A DNA stretch of 64,000 nucleotides from an uncultured Bacteroides sp. (GTDB lineage Bacteria > Bacteroidota > Bacteroidia > Bacteroidales > Bacteroidaceae), in assembly GCA_949288715.1 (NCBI GenBank), contig CASELH010000032.1:9817-73816 (forward strand), in the 5' to 3' direction. Each line of letters begins with the position of its first letter. The stretch's first letter is position 1. The notes below the pieces were generated by a model. It had not been told where the DNA came from and searched no databases. It saw nothing but the letters and a program-made list of their open reading frames with translations. A program made the position numbers and the translations under genes. This document shows positions 38,116 to 47,678 of this stretch, piece after piece.

Positions 38116-39336
38116 TTACAGGTTTCTTACTACCAGTGTGGAGTTCGTGCCCCCGAACCCGAAGGAGTTGGAGAGGAACGTGTCGAAGCGGGCTTCCCTC
38201 GTCTCGGGCACGATGTTGAGGCAGGCGGTGTCGTCGTCGGGGTGCTCGAAGTTGAGGTTTCCGGCAATGAATCCGCCCTTCATCATCAGCATGGAGTAGA
38301 TTATCTCGCTGGCGCCGGCCATCCACATTTCGTGCCCCGTCTGTCCTTTGGTGGAAGTGACGGGCACGCGGTAGTCGCCAAACACCTGCGCGATGGCCTG
38401 CGCCTCGCGGGCATCGCCGATGCGGGTGGAGGTGGCATGCGCGTTGACGTAGCCTATCTCGCGGGGCAGGATGCCGCTCTGCTGCAGGCAAAGCTCCAGC
38501 GAGCGGGCTGGGCCTGCCACGTTGGGCGTGGAGATGTGGTCGCCGTTGCCCGAGAAGCCCCAGCCTACTATCTCGGCCAGGATGGGCGCGCCGCGCCGCA
38601 CGGCGTGTTCGTAGCTCTCCACCACGACGGTTGCCGCTCCGCCGCCGGGCACCAGGCCGTCGCGGTCGCGGTCGAAGGGTCGGCTGGCGCGTGCGGGCTC
38701 GTCCTCGCGGACGGAGAACGACTGTATGCCGTCGAACGCCGCCACGCCATACATGTTGGCCTCCTGCGCGCCGCCGCACACCACGCAATCCTGCAGTCCG
38801 CTGCGTATGAGCAGCCAGGCCAGGCCTATGGCGTGCGAGCCCGAGGCGCAGGCGCCCGAGGCGGTGAGGTTGATGCCCTTCAGGTGGAACAGGCAGGCCA
38901 GGTTCATGGTGACTGTGGAGTTCATGGACTGGAAGATGGCGCCGCTGCCGCAGGCCGATGTGTCGTGAAATTCGCGGAACTTGTCCAGCGCGTGCATCGT
39001 GGCCTCGGCCACCGAGTCGTTGCCGTAGATGATGCCCACCTCGTGTGCGTCGATGTAGTCTTGGTCGAGCCGCGCGTGTTCAAGGGCGGCGCGTGTGGCC
39101 ATGTAGGCGTATTGTGCCTCTTCGGGCATGAACTGGCGCAGGTTGCGCGAGATGTAAGGCTTCAGGTCGGGCCGGGGCACATCGGCACACAGGGCTGAGC
39201 GGAAGCCCGCCTCCTTGCGTTCGGGACTGAACACGATGCCGCTCTTGCCCTGGCGGAGCGACTGGGCCACCTCGTCGAGCGTGGTGCCCAGGCACGACCA
39301 GATGCCCATGCCGGTAATTACTACTTTTCTTTCCAT
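38116..39336 (-). CDS. Beta-ketoacyl-ACP synthase (FabB/FabF-like)
   Basis: GACASGSHAIG, NAHATST, KGQTGH, SNSFGFGGTN. Confidence 0.92.
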   Translation of the reverse strand: MERKVVITGMGIWSCLGTTLDEVAQSLRQGKSGIVFSPERKEAGFRSALCADVPRPDLKPYISRNLRQFMPEEAQYAYMATRAALEHARLDQDYIDAHEVGIIYGNDSVAEATMHALDKFREFHDTSACGSGAIFQSMNSTVTMNLACLFHLKGINLTASGACASGSHAIGLAWLLIRSGLQDCVVCGGAQEANMYGVAAFDGIQSFSVREDEPARASRPFDRDRDGLVPGGGAATVVVESYEHAVRRGAPILAEIVGWGFSGNGDHISTPNVAGPARSLELCLQQSGILPREIGYVNAHATSTRIGDAREAQAIAQVFGDYRVPVTSTKGQTGHEMWMAGASEIIYSMLMMKGGFIAGNLNFEHPDDDTACLNIVPETREARFDTFLSNSFGFGGTNSTLVVRNL

Positions 39337-39403
39337 AAGCTATTATTTAGCTACGGGCTGCAGAAGGGCGCGTCATCATGAATTTCAACTTCCGTTTTGC
39401 TCA

Positions 39404-39486
39404 GTCATCCTGAACGAAGTGAAGGATCTCTCGCTTACTTGCGCTTTTACGCTTTCAGGAGATTCTTCGCTTGCGCTCAGAATGAC
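39404..39486. repeat. REP-like palindrome
   Basis: gtcatcctgaacgaagtgaaggatctc ... gagattcttcgcttgcgctcagaatgac. Confidence 0.75.
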
Positions 39487-39617
39487 AGACTATACTTTAA
39501 TGGAATACTCAAAAAGGTTTTGAGCGAAACCAATGATAGTCATCTTGCATTTTGGCGCACTCTTAGGCAACCGGGCAGCCTGTTTTTATTGTTATTGTCT
39601 TCTTGTTCTTTCTTATT

Positions 39618-39652
39618 TGTCACTTGTAACTCGTAGCTTGTGGCTCGTCACT
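39618..39652. repeat. Single heptamer arm (TyGTnAC-type) at a stop codon
   Basis: ttgtcac ttgtaac tcgtagc ttgtggc tcgtcac. Confidence 0.5.
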
Positions 39653-40784
39653 ACAGCGCTTTGCCATAGCACCGCCTCCGCTTGCCCAGCGTGGGGTTGA
39701 GGGGCTTCCACTGCGACAGCTCCTTTACGTTGCTCTCCAGCTGGGGACCCGTCTCGGCACGGGTGAAGCCCAGGCGGTTGTACACAGGGATAAGGTCGGC
39801 AAAGAACAGCGCGTTGACGCCCAGCCCCTGGTAGTCGGGGCGCACGGCTATGAGGAACAGCTCGGCCTTGTCCTCGCGCTTCCACTTCAGCGCGCGGATG
39901 AGGTGCAGCCAGCCCAGGGGCAGCATCCGTCCGCCGGCCTTGCGCAGGGCGTGCGACAGGCTGGGCATGGTGATGGCCACACCCACCAGTTCGCCCTGCT
40001 CGTTCTCCACCACGGGCAGCATCCGCCAGTCCAGCAAGGGGACGTAGCGCTTCAGGTAATCGTCAATCTGCCGGTCGGAGAGCTCGGTGTAGCCAAACAG
40101 CGGGGCATAGGCCTCGTTGAGCAGATGGAACACCCGGCGCCCGTAGCCCAGCTCCACCTCGCGGGTGGTGAGCTTGCGCACACTTAGGCCGAACATTTCC
40201 TTGGACAAGCGGGCCACTCGTTCATACTTTTCCGGCACCTCGCGGGGCACCTCTATGCTGACCTGCACCCAGTCCACCTCCTTCGTGTAGCCCAAAGCCT
40301 CGAGGTGGCGGGGGTAGTAGGGCGGGTTGTAGATGGTGACCATGGAGCCCATCTGGTCGAAGTCTTCCATCAGCATGCCCTCCTTGTCGAAGTCGAAGAT
40401 GCCCATCGGCCCCTCTATCTTGTCCATGCCGTGCTCGCGCCCCCATTGCTCCACGGCCCGGAGCAGGGCGGCGGACACACGGGGGTCGTCCACAAACTCT
40501 ATGAAGCCGAAGCGCACGTTGCGCGTGCCCCACTTCTCGTTGGCCCGGTGGTTGATGATGCCTGCAATGCGCCCCACAGCCCGTCCTCCCTCGTCGTAGG
40601 CCACGAAGGGCTGGATGTCCGTGAAGTCGAGCCCGGCGTTCTTCCGCGGGTCGAACGTGTCGCGGATGTCTGTCTCCAGGTCGGGCACGTAGCAGGAGTT
40701 GCCTGCATAGATGAGGCGGGGCAGGCGGACGAAATCGCGCATCTGGCGCCGGGTGGAAACTCGTTCTACTGTTACAGTTTTCAT
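39651..40784 (-). CDS. GNAT-fold protein (YghO-like)
   Basis: GRIAGIIN, FGFIEFVDD, EGPMG, YNPPYY, IAVRPDYQGLG. Confidence 0.8.
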   Translation of the reverse strand: MKTVTVERVSTRRQMRDFVRLPRLIYAGNSCYVPDLETDIRDTFDPRKNAGLDFTDIQPFVAYDEGGRAVGRIAGIINHRANEKWGTRNVRFGFIEFVDDPRVSAALLRAVEQWGREHGMDKIEGPMGIFDFDKEGMLMEDFDQMGSMVTIYNPPYYPRHLEALGYTKEVDWVQVSIEVPREVPEKYERVARLSKEMFGLSVRKLTTREVELGYGRRVFHLLNEAYAPLFGYTELSDRQIDDYLKRYVPLLDWRMLPVVENEQGELVGVAITMPSLSHALRKAGGRMLPLGWLHLIRALKWKREDKAELFLIAVRPDYQGLGVNALFFADLIPVYNRLGFTRAETGPQLESNVKELSQWKPLNPTLGKRRRCYGKAL

Positions 40785-40969
40785 ACAGGGCGCGAAGTTA
40801 CAGGGTTTTTTCTTCCCTGCAACAGCCTCGCCGCCCTGCAAGGGCTCCTGGGACAGGTTTCCCGAAATAAGGGACAGCGTTGCCCCCTGTTCTTACACCC
40901 CGTTTTACGCCTTTTATGCCCTTGCATACAGCGTGTTTTGCAAATTATGCTTATCTTTGCGCCCGGTTT

Positions 40970-41055
40970 GGTAGCGTTGAAACGCTACCGTGCTGGCGAT
41001 ACTACGCCACCGCGCTGGCGTTGAAAGGCCAGGAAACCGGTGATACTACGCTACC
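40970..41055. repeat. 22-bp tandem palindromic repeat family, copy C (4 units) in a predicted 5' UTR
   Basis: Units at 40970, 40992, 41014, 41036; between TATCTTTG (40952-40959) and ATG 41065. Confidence 0.8.
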
Positions 41056-41064
41056 TTTATAGAT

Positions 41065-42903
41065 ATGCTGAAACAATTTTTCTCACTTCTGGGGCGCTAC
41101 ATCAAGCCCTACCGCAAGTATGTGACGTGGGCCGTTATCCTCAACTTCCTGTCGCAGTGGCTCAACGTGTTCTCGTTTGCCGCCATTATCCCCATCCTCA
41201 ACATCCTGTTCAAGATAGACAGCAAGGTCTATGAGTACCAGCCCATGGACTGGGGCCACCTGGACAAGGACGTGCTGGTGAACAATGCTTACTGGTGGAT
41301 TGGCAACTTCATCTCCGACCACGGCCCCTTCCTCACCCTGGTGCTGATGGGTGCCATACTGATAGGCATGACGTTGCTCAAGACGGCGGGCTACTTTGCC
41401 TCGTCGGCCGTGATGGTGCCCCTGCGCACGGGCATCGTGCGCGACATCCGCATCGAGGTATATAATAAGGTATTGCGCTTGCCGCTCAGCTTCTTCTCGG
41501 AAGAGCGCAAGGGCGACATCATCGCCCGTATGAGTGCCGACGTCACGGCCGTGGAGAACTCCCTCACCAGCTCCATAGACATGCTGCTGCGCAACCCCAT
41601 CGCGCTGGTCATCTACTTCTCCACGCTGTTCATGATAAGTTGGGAAATGACGCTCTTCGTCATCGTCGTCCTGCCCCTGGCAGGCTGGGTGATGGGGGTG
41701 GTGAGCCGCAAGCTGAAGCGCCAGTCGTCCACCGCCCAGGCACAGTGGGGCGACATCATGTCTCAGCTCGATGAAACGCTGGGCGGCCTGCGCATCATCA
41801 AGGCCTTCATTGCCGAGAGCAAGATGGCGGCACGCTTTGCCAAGACCAACAACGACTACCGCGACGCCATGAACGCCATGGTCATCCGCCAAAGCTCGGC
41901 CCACCCCATGAGCGAGTTTCTGGGCACGTGCGTCATCGTCATCGTGCTGTGGTTTGGCGGCTCCCTCATTCTGGGCACCGACTATGCGCCCATGGATGCC
42001 GCCACGTTCATCTTCTACATGGTCATTCTCTACAGCATAATCAATCCGCTCAAGGAGTTTGCCAAAGCCTTCTACAACGTGCCCCTCGGCCTGGCCAGCA
42101 TGGACCGCATCGACATGATTCTCAAAGCCGAGAACCCCATCAAGGAGCCCGCCAATCCCCAGCCCCTCACAGCCTTCGAGCACCAGCTGGAGTTCCGCGA
42201 CGTCAGCTTTAGCTACGTGGAAGGGCGCCCTGTGCTGAAGCACATCAACCTCGTCGTGCCCAAGGGCAAGACCATCGCCCTGGTAGGGCAGTCCGGCTCG
42301 GGCAAGTCCACTCTGGTCGACCTCGTGCCCCGCTACCACGACGTACAGGAGGGCGCCGTGCTCATCGACGGCAAGAACATCAAGGACGTATCCATCCGCA
42401 GCCTGCGCTCCCTCATAGGCAACGTCAACCAGGAAGCCATCCTCTTCAACGATACCTTCTACAACAACATCACCTTCGGGGTGGAAAACGCCACCATGGA
42501 GCAAGTCATCGAGGCCGCCAAGATAGCCAACGCCCACGACTTCATCATGGAGTCCGAGAAAGGCTACGACACCATGATAGGCGACCGCGGCGGACGCCTA
42601 TCCGGCGGGCAGCGCCAGCGCGTCAGCATAGCCCGCGCCATCCTGAAGAACCCGCCCATCCTCATCCTCGACGAAGCCACCTCAGCCCTCGACACCGAGA
42701 GCGAGCGCCTGGTGCAGGAAGCCCTGGAGCGCCTCATGAAGTCGCGCACCACCATCGCCATTGCCCACCGCCTGAGCACCATCAAGAACGCCGACGAAAT
42801 CTGCGTGCTCTACGAAGGCGAAATTGTGGAGCGCGGCACCCACGAGCAGCTCATCGCCCTCAACGGCTACTACAAGAAGCTGAACGACATGCAGAGCCTT
42901 TGA
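41065..42903 (+). CDS. ABC transporter ATP-binding/permease (MsbA-like)
   Basis: Six-TM domain, GQSGSGKST, LSGGQRQR, ILDEATSALD, AHRLST. Confidence 0.93.
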   Translation: MLKQFFSLLGRYIKPYRKYVTWAVILNFLSQWLNVFSFAAIIPILNILFKIDSKVYEYQPMDWGHLDKDVLVNNAYWWIGNFISDHGPFLTLVLMGAILIGMTLLKTAGYFASSAVMVPLRTGIVRDIRIEVYNKVLRLPLSFFSEERKGDIIARMSADVTAVENSLTSSIDMLLRNPIALVIYFSTLFMISWEMTLFVIVVLPLAGWVMGVVSRKLKRQSSTAQAQWGDIMSQLDETLGGLRIIKAFIAESKMAARFAKTNNDYRDAMNAMVIRQSSAHPMSEFLGTCVIVIVLWFGGSLILGTDYAPMDAATFIFYMVILYSIINPLKEFAKAFYNVPLGLASMDRIDMILKAENPIKEPANPQPLTAFEHQLEFRDVSFSYVEGRPVLKHINLVVPKGKTIALVGQSGSGKSTLVDLVPRYHDVQEGAVLIDGKNIKDVSIRSLRSLIGNVNQEAILFNDTFYNNITFGVENATMEQVIEAAKIANAHDFIMESEKGYDTMIGDRGGRLSGGQRQRVSIARAILKNPPILILDEATSALDTESERLVQEALERLMKSRTTIAIAHRLSTIKNADEICVLYEGEIVERGTHEQLIALNGYYKKLNDMQSL

Positions 42904-42904
42904 G

Positions 42905-42989
42905 AATGAAGAACTAAAAATGAAGAATGAAGAATTGCCATGCGGGACATCCCTGAGAATTCTTCATTCTTCATTTTTAGTTCTTCATT
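42905..42989. repeat. Heptamer palindrome (AATGAAG-type), perfect 32-bp arms, 21-bp spacer
   Basis: aatgaagaactaaaaatgaagaatgaagaatt / aattcttcattcttcatttttagttcttcatt; spacer gccatgcgggacatccctgag. Confidence 0.9.
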
Positions 42990-42993
42990 TACC

Positions 42994-43635
42994 TCACTTT
43001 TTCCTTCCGAAATCCGCCGGAATCTCTCCCCACTGCTCCGTCTCCCACTTCAGGGGCAGGGTGTAGGTGTGCTCGCGCAGCCACTTTTCGGCGCGCTCTA
43101 TCAGCCGGAACAGCGGCTCGCTCTTGGCGTTGCGGGGCAGCTTGGTCTTGCACTGCTTCTGCCTCACCCACGCTATGGCGTTGCGGCTGTCGCTGTACAC
43201 GGGCATGTCCAGCCCCTTCTGCTGCAGCAAGGCCAGGGCGTGCACAATGGCCAGAAACTCGCCAATGTTGTTCGTGCCATACATGGGTCCCAGGTGAAAC
43301 ACCTGCTGCCCGGCGGGCAGATACATGCCCCGGTATTCCATCCGCCCCGGGTTGCCGCTGCACGCCGCGTCCACCACCAGGCAACCCGTGCGCACGGCCT
43401 CGGGCAGGGGGATTTCGGCTGCCTGTCGTGCCTCCGGATTCGCGGGGCGGGCAGGGCGGCGGCCTATGTACTCGTGCGGCGGCGCGGCAAAGGCACGCTC
43501 CGCCTCCGCCCGCGTGTCGAACGACTTGAACTGCGCCCCCTCGTAGCCCTTTGTCTGCAGCTGGCAGTCCGTCCACGAGTCATAGATGCCCGGGTTGACG
43601 CCTGCCCAGACTACGTAGTATTTCTGTTTCTTCAT
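42994..43635 (-). CDS. Ribonuclease H with N-terminal viroplasmin/hybrid-binding domain
   Basis: YYVVWAGVNPGIYDSW; VDAACSGNPG, TNNIGEFLAI, YSDS, WGEIPADFGRK. Confidence 0.93.
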   Translation of the reverse strand: MKKQKYYVVWAGVNPGIYDSWTDCQLQTKGYEGAQFKSFDTRAEAERAFAAPPHEYIGRRPARPANPEARQAAEIPLPEAVRTGCLVVDAACSGNPGRMEYRGMYLPAGQQVFHLGPMYGTNNIGEFLAIVHALALLQQKGLDMPVYSDSRNAIAWVRQKQCKTKLPRNAKSEPLFRLIERAEKWLREHTYTLPLKWETEQWGEIPADFGRKK

Positions 43636-43772
43636 ATTCTGCTGGAAGGTCTTGCCATAAATCCTCCTTTTCATTTTTTGATTCCTTATTGCAAAGGTAG
43701 CGATTTATTTTTAACCTATCTACATTAGGTAGCTAATCATATTCAGCTTATACGTCAAATGGGAATTTATAT

Positions 43773-43870
43773 GGCACACAGATGACACAGATTCTACGTG
43801 ATGACCACAGATACATAGCGAAAAAATAAAAACTGTGTAAATCTGTCCCATCTGTTGTCATCTGTGTGCC
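43773..43870. repeat. 9-bp-unit palindromic element
   Basis: Perfect 15-bp ends ggcacacagatgaca / tgtcatctgtgtgcc. Confidence 0.75.
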
Positions 43871-43942
43871 GCCCCGCTAAATTATCATTTTCCCTTTCGG
43901 TCGGCCAAAACCTTATTTAAGAAAATATTCTTACACCCCTGC

Positions 43943-44035
43943 GCCATACCCGCTCCTTACCATCTCCTTACCCGGTCCTTACCTGCTCCTTTTGCGGGCT
44001 TTCGCTATGGAAAGGAAAAAGAGCGGACAAAGTAG
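43943..44035 (-). repeat. Dispersed 11-bp-unit repeat (copy 2, inverted)
   Basis: Reverse complement reads cctttccatagcga..aaaaggag..taaggaccggg taaggagatgg taaggagcggg. Confidence 0.7.
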
Positions 44036-44394
44036 GGCGGGGGTGAGATGGATTGGAGGAGGAAGGTAGCAGCGGATATTGACAAAATGCCTCCCCGCAG
44101 CGGCGGAATCCGGACAAATGTCGTGTCAAAAAGGCAATCATTGAAAATATGTTATTGGGAACGGATGTGTGGATGTTTTGTAATAAATGCGGTTTTTTAT
44201 GGCGTTTCTGCTGCGAATTTCGTATTTTTATGGCTGGTAAATGGAAGGAAGTGATAGTTTCAGGCCTTCTGTAAAACTATGTTATACGGCATGTTTTCTG
44301 GTTTTATAGGCTCAAAGTGACACCGAAGTGTTAAAAATGAAGGCAAAGTGATATTTTTCTTTCGAAAGTGTTGCGAAATCTTATAAAACTTAAA

Positions 44395-44402
44395 TATATT
44401 TG
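44395..44402 (+). promoter_or_regulatory. -7 promoter element for the susC operon
   Basis: TATATTTG in an AT-rich tract ~55 bp upstream of the ATG. Confidence 0.6.
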
Positions 44403-44457
44403 CCGCATCGTAATGTCTTAGACAAAAGATGTAGTTAATTTAATTAAGAGAGATTTT

Positions 44458-47400
44458 ATGAAAAAAAGATTAATGCTGTGGCTGGTTTGCCTCTTCGCAG
44501 GGGTAAACCTCATGATGGCTCAGACGTCCACCGTGACGGGAGTGGTGACTTCCCACGAGGACGGCGAGCCGGTGGTAGGCGCCTCGGTGCTGGTAGTGGG
44601 TACCAACGTGGGTATCATGACCGACATCGACGGCAAGTTCGCAATCGCCAATGTCCCGGCCGATGCCAAGACGCTGCGCGTGTCCTTCGTGGGCATGCAG
44701 CCGCAAGAGGTGTCCATCACGCGGGGCAAGGTGATGAACATTGTGCTGCGCACCGATGCCGAGTTGCTGGACGAGGTGGTGGTGACGGCAATGGGCGTGA
44801 AGCGTTCGGAGAAGGCTTTGGGTTATTCGGCTACCTCAGTCAATTCGGAGGAACTGACCAAGGCGCGCACTACGGACATCATGTCCGGCTTGGCAGGCCA
44901 GGTGGCCGGTGTGCAGATTTCCACCACGTCCAGCGACCCGGGTGCTTCCAACTCGGTTATCATCCGTGGTATCAGCTCGCTGAGCGGCAACAACCAGCCG
45001 CTTTACGTCATCGACGGCGTGCCCATGGACAACACCAGCATGGGCTCGAGCGACGAGTTGAACTCGGGCTACGACTTTGGTAACGGTGCCAATGCCGTCA
45101 ACCCCGACGACGTGGAGAACATGACCATTTTGAAAGGTGCCGCCGCAACCGCCCTCTACGGTAGCCGCGCCGCCGGTGGCGTGGTGATGATTACCACCAA
45201 GAGCGGAAAGCGAGGCCAAGGCGTAGGCGTGGAGTACAACGGCGGTGTGCAGTGGGGCAGCGTGTTGCGCTTGCCGCAGATGCAGAACGAGTTCGGTATG
45301 GGCTGGTATGGCGACAAGACCGAGTTGGAGAACGGTTCCTGGGGACCCCGCTTCGACGGCAGTATAACCACTTGGGGTAACATCTACAACAACTCGCAGA
45401 AGATTAAGCCTTACCTGCCGTATGAGGACAACGTAAAGGACTTCTTCGATACCAGTCTGCGTTACAGCAACAGCGTGTCGTTCAACGGGGCTACAGACCG
45501 CAGCGACTACTATGTCAGCTTTTCGCAGACCAGCGACGACGGTATTGTGCCGACTGACGCGGACAGCTACGACAAGTACACCTTCTCGGCACGCGGCAGC
45601 CATAAGATAAAGAACCTGACTTTCTCCAGCACGCTGAACTATGCGTACCAGAAGAACAGTTTTGCCACAACGGGACAGGGCCTCTCCATGTACAACAGTG
45701 TGATGCAGACGCCGCGCGACATCAGCCTTATCAGCATGGAAGACCAAAGCGACCCCTTCAACACGCCGGGCTATTACTATACACCTTACGGTGTGATGAA
45801 TCCTTACTACATTTTGGAGAACTACCAGAATGAGTATGAGTCCGAGCGCTTTTACGGCAAGTTCCAGATGGATTATGACTTCCTGAAGTACTTCAAGTTC
45901 ACTTACCGCTTTGGCTTCGACACCAGCACGGGGCAACGTAACTTTGGCGAGCCCAACCTGTATGCCATGTATTACGAAGGTACCCCGAACGGCGAGGGAC
46001 AAGGCTCGGCCAGTCCTTTCGTGGGTGAAACCGGTAGCGTGAGCGAGCAGATTATCCGCCGCCGCGAAATCAACCAAGACATCATGGTGAACTTCTCCAT
46101 GCCCATCAGCGACTTCCACGTTAATGCCTTGGTAGGTTTCAACGGCAATGAGCGCAAGGCTACTTCCCTGTTCTCGTCCATTACCGACCTTACCATCCCT
46201 ACGTGGTTCAACCTCTCCAACTCGGCTGCCGCTCCCAGCACGTCTACCGACGAGTCGCTGCGCCGCCTGATGGGCGTCTACGGCCAGGCTGAAGTGTCTT
46301 GGCGCGATATGGCTTACGTGACGGTGAGCATGCGCAACGACTGGTCGTCCACCTTGCCCAAGGAAAACCGTTCGTTCTTCTATCCGGGCGTCACGGGCAG
46401 CTTCCTGTTCTCTGAACTGTTGCCCGAGAGTGCACGCAATGCCATCACCTTTGGTAAGGTGCGCCTGGCTTGGGGTAAGACCGGTAACGACGCTTCCCCC
46501 TACATGGTGAACCCCGTTTATGCGCAGGCAGGCGCCACGGGCTATTGGGGCGACTTCAACTTCCCCTTCCTGTCCAAGGGATACAATGCCTACACGTTGA
46601 GCAACATTTTGGGTAGCAACACGCTGAGCCCCGAGATGACCACTGAGTATGAGTTCGGTTTGAACATGGCCTTCCTGCACAACCGCATTTCGTTTGACGT
46701 GGCCTACTATAACCGTTCTACCGACAAGCAAATTTACTCCTTGAACATGGACCCCGCCTCCGGCTATACGTACCAGAACGCTAACCTCGGCGAGGTAGAG
46801 AACAAGGGTGTGGAATTGTTGGTGAACTTGACCCCCGTGCAATACAAGGACTTTCGTTGGGACATCAGCTGGAACTTCACCAAGAACTGGAGCAAGGTAG
46901 TCAGCTTGCCCGATGAAATGGGCGGCGAAGCTCTTATCTATGGTTTGAGCGGCGGTATCGGCTTGTATGCCGTAGAGGGCGAGCCGGTCGGCGTGTTCAA
47001 GGCCGAAGTGCCGCAATACTCTCCCGACGGCAAGCTTGTGGTCAATTCCTCTACCGGTCTGCCGGTGGCTGCTGCCGGCCAGCAGATTGTGGGCGACATG
47101 AACTATGACTACACCATGGGTCTTTCGACCACGTTGAGTTGGAAAGGCCTCTCGCTGGGCGTGGACTTCGACATCCGCCACGGTGGCTTGATGTATTCGC
47201 GCACCAAGAACATTGCCTACTTCACCGGTAATGCCATACAGACGGCCTACAACGACCGCAACCCGTTCATTATCCCGAACTCTGTAAACGCAGTGACGGG
47301 CAGCGACGGCACGGTGACCTATGTGGAGAACACCACTCCGCTGGACGCTACCAACATTTACAGCTATTGGGAAGCCGGTGGCAGCGACATGGGTAGCAGC

Positions 47401-47664
47401 GACCTGATTACCAAGTCGTATGTAAAGCTGCGTTCACTGTCGCTGAGTTGGGACTTGCCCAAGAAGTGGCTCAGCAAGACTTTCCTGCAGGGTGTGCGCG
47501 TGTCGGTCTACGGCAACAACCTCTTCTTGTGGACGCCCTCGGGCAACACGTTTGTTGACCCTGAGCTGACCAGCTTCGGTAACGACTTGGCAGGTAACTA
47601 CGGCGAATGGTCGGCCAACCCGAGTTCGCGCCGCTATGGTTTCAATGTTTCTGTTAAATTCTAA
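44458..47664 (+). CDS. SusC/RagA TonB-dependent transporter (BT2264-like)
   Basis: LDEVVVTAMG, PLYVIDGVP, ILKGAAATALYGSRAAGGVVMITTK, C-terminal YGFNVSVKF. Confidence 0.96.
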   Translation: MKKRLMLWLVCLFAGVNLMMAQTSTVTGVVTSHEDGEPVVGASVLVVGTNVGIMTDIDGKFAIANVPADAKTLRVSFVGMQPQEVSITRGKVMNIVLRTDAELLDEVVVTAMGVKRSEKALGYSATSVNSEELTKARTTDIMSGLAGQVAGVQISTTSSDPGASNSVIIRGISSLSGNNQPLYVIDGVPMDNTSMGSSDELNSGYDFGNGANAVNPDDVENMTILKGAAATALYGSRAAGGVVMITTKSGKRGQGVGVEYNGGVQWGSVLRLPQMQNEFGMGWYGDKTELENGSWGPRFDGSITTWGNIYNNSQKIKPYLPYEDNVKDFFDTSLRYSNSVSFNGATDRSDYYVSFSQTSDDGIVPTDADSYDKYTFSARGSHKIKNLTFSSTLNYAYQKNSFATTGQGLSMYNSVMQTPRDISLISMEDQSDPFNTPGYYYTPYGVMNPYYILENYQNEYESERFYGKFQMDYDFLKYFKFTYRFGFDTSTGQRNFGEPNLYAMYYEGTPNGEGQGSASPFVGETGSVSEQIIRRREINQDIMVNFSMPISDFHVNALVGFNGNERKATSLFSSITDLTIPTWFNLSNSAAAPSTSTDESLRRLMGVYGQAEVSWRDMAYVTVSMRNDWSSTLPKENRSFFYPGVTGSFLFSELLPESARNAITFGKVRLAWGKTGNDASPYMVNPVYAQAGATGYWGDFNFPFLSKGYNAYTLSNILGSNTLSPEMTTEYEFGLNMAFLHNRISFDVAYYNRSTDKQIYSLNMDPASGYTYQNANLGEVENKGVELLVNLTPVQYKDFRWDISWNFTKNWSKVVSLPDEMGGEALIYGLSGGIGLYAVEGEPVGVFKAEVPQYSPDGKLVVNSSTGLPVAAAGQQIVGDMNYDYTMGLSTTLSWKGLSLGVDFDIRHGGLMYSRTKNIAYFTGNAIQTAYNDRNPFIIPNSVNAVTGSDGTVTYVENTTPLDATNIYSYWEAGGSDMGSSDLITKSYVKLRSLSLSWDLPKKWLSKTFLQGVRVSVYGNNLFLWTPSGNTFVDPELTSFGNDLAGNYGEWSANPSSRRYGFNVSVKF

Positions 47665-47678
47665 ATCAACCGACTTAT

